From assembly GCF_036321535.1 (NCBI RefSeq), contig NC_087436.1, positions 96,474,001-96,538,000 on the forward strand: a DNA stretch of 64,000 nt, in the 5' to 3' direction. The stretch is from Camelus dromedarius. Lineage: Eukaryota. Below, one piece after another: positions 61,801 through 64,000 of this stretch. The notes beneath the pieces are model-generated. The model was not told the origin of the DNA and searched no databases. It saw only the letters and a list, made by a program, of their open reading frames with translations. The position numbers were made by a program, and so were the translations under genes. Every line of letters begins with the position of its first letter. Position 1 is the stretch's first letter.

Positions 61801-63539
61801 ATTTGAAAGGAAGCTATAAAGCACCTGAAACAGGCAACCCTATATTATGACCCAGTTATTTTCTGGAAATACCAATCTAAAGTGAGGCTTTATAAGTTGG
61901 AAAATACTTAAGATCTTCAGGGCTTTTGTATCAGGAGGACTCATAAATGAGTGAACATGCTGAGGGTGTTGACCAGGAAGTTGTTGAAATGATGTACCAG
62001 GAAGGAAGTAGAGTCAGAAAGGCGTTCATTTACTGGGAAACAAGCGTGAAGTTAAGGAACTTGAGGTCTCTATGGGGCTTGAGTGATAATAAGAGGGCCG
62101 AACAGACTGGAGGATGAGGACTTATGGTTTGAGAACGAGAGACTGGAGGGCTGTTATTGAATATGCACAGTCACCCTGGTTGAAGACAAGTTCTAGGGTG
62201 TGAGTAAGGAATGAGGTAGGGAAATGGAGCAAGGTAAAATCTCACAGTGTCTAGTATGCTGAGAAACAGAGAGGATGGGACTTTGGATGAATTTGCTATA
62301 TTTTGCCTGACATCTGTTAGGATGTCATGAGGAGAAAATTTAAATGAAGCAAATGTATGTGAGTTAAGAAATATACATCATTATTGTTGCATTCTTTCTC
62401 ACTATATCTTTACAGATTAGATTTCAAGCTGTTTAAGAATATTTCCTTGACTCCTAGCTTTCCTGATGATGGGTCTAAATGCCTAGTTCTTCCCTCACTT
62501 CATATCATTAAGGTTATATTAAAATGTGTTTTACGGGAAAAATATAATGTGAATCTTGACAGTCATGTATTTTTATAGATGAGCATGCTTTTTCAAGACT
62601 GAAATTTAGTATTTCTGAATTTGTAATATAACAATATTCTCTACAACACAAGAGCGAATGAAACATCTTGATGAGTTATTTTCTGTCAAGAATATATTTT
62701 CCCATTTTCTGGTCTCACTTGAAATCATTTTCCATAGTTTCATGAAATAATAGTCTAAGTACTTATAAGTCATGGAGATAGCCATTTTGCTTTGAGATAT
62801 AGTTACAAATCAACCTGTAGAAATACTAAAACTGAGAAAATTGTATAATTTAAATAACACCAGTATTTATTTCAGAAAATATTGTCTTAAAAAGAGGAGG
62901 AAATTACAGTGGTAGGTGAAGACTAGGTGTATTTATACCAAATAGAAATGTGGTAATTCAGAGAAAACAAGTAAATGCCATAGTTAACCAAGCATGCTGA
63001 CACAGTGTTTAAAAGAGACCAAAGAAAACCTCAAGATGTTTAAGTACTCATCTTAATGCCCTTTTAAATGAAGGCAGTTTGACATAAAGTTCACAGCATC
63101 CTTTATGTATTAATAAACTCTCAGGAGACCATATACTTTCATGCTCCCGTTTTTAGATTCCACAACACTTTACAGTTTTTCTTAAAGTATTACTAGGAAG
63201 AAATTCCCAAATACTTATCAAATATCTTTCATTGTCTCATAAAAAATCCTTCTTAGATTCTAATTCAAAGTTTTTTAGTGCAATTAAAGACTATGGAAGG
63301 AATTACACTGATTTAGTGCTTACAACAGGAATAGCTTCTTTAAAATCAGAATAATTCATGATACTGATTCAATAAACCAAGTGAAAATGATCACTACTTT
63401 TTGGGCGCTAAAAAGACAGCAGGTGAAATCACCTATCTGGGTCCCTAATGGACCGGGTGAAGAAGCTGGGAAAGACCTGATGCAGATATTTAAGGGGCAA
63501 GCACTACACAACTGTAGTGCACTGTCTCAATACTCTACT

Positions 63540-63800
63540 CTCCTTGGAATGGGCTTTGTTTCTCTTCTTGGTGCTCTTCTAGCACACGTGTCTTTTCTCT
63601 GTGAAGTTGTTCATTCATCCACTTCCCCAGACAGAGGTCATCCCTATGCACACATCCCTTCATAGATATGCATATGTAATCCACTGTACCATAATAGTTT
63701 ATTTAATGTCTCTCAGGCATCTAGATAGTGAGGTTTCCCAAGAGTGAGTCTTTGTGTCTGGTTCAGTGCCATAAAAGTTAGATTCATAATAAAAGACTTC
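63540..63800 (+). mobile_element. L2 3' fragment
   Basis: tttatttaatgtctctc...ctagatagtgaggtttcccaagag. Confidence 0.5.
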
Positions 63801-64000
63801 TTATCATTAGAATAATTACTTTATTTAACACATTGAAACAGTCAAAGCACCATACTTCCACAAGTGGAAAAAGGATGTGGATAAAATTAGATGTTAAGGA
63901 AATTAGATATCTTTACCTTAATGTCTTTTAATCCACCTGCCAGAATTATAAGGCAAAAATGAGATTTCAGGACTTCCTGAAATCAGAGGGAGAGAGTTAG

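Overview
AT-rich, CpG-poor mammalian intergenic or intronic DNA. It is probably camelid (alpaca/camel), judging by two tRNA-derived Vic-1-type SINEs and young L1 3' ends of that style. I found no intact protein-coding gene; the supplied ORFs fall in repeats or look like chance frames. Much of the window is interspersed repeat: MIR, L2, several L1 generations, MaLR/ERVL/ERV1 solo LTRs, and hAT and Tigger DNA elements, often nested. The main unexplained signal is on the minus strand at about 44500-46290: a heavily decayed Ty3/Gypsy Sushi-ichi-type (PEG10/RTL/SIRH-like) gag-protease region with colinear capsid, zinc-knuckle, gag-pol junction and protease remnants, split by an MLT1A LTR. There is also a cluster of locally templated rearrangement scars (a 32-bp copy at 25.2/26.1 kb, an inverted-plus-direct duplication at 26.8/28.8 kb), a twin-primed L1, an L1 micro-inversion, an orphan L1 5' end and a palindromic double-octamer site. 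Repeat family names and PEG10 comparisons come from recalled consensus sequences, not searches, and boundaries of old repeats are approximate.
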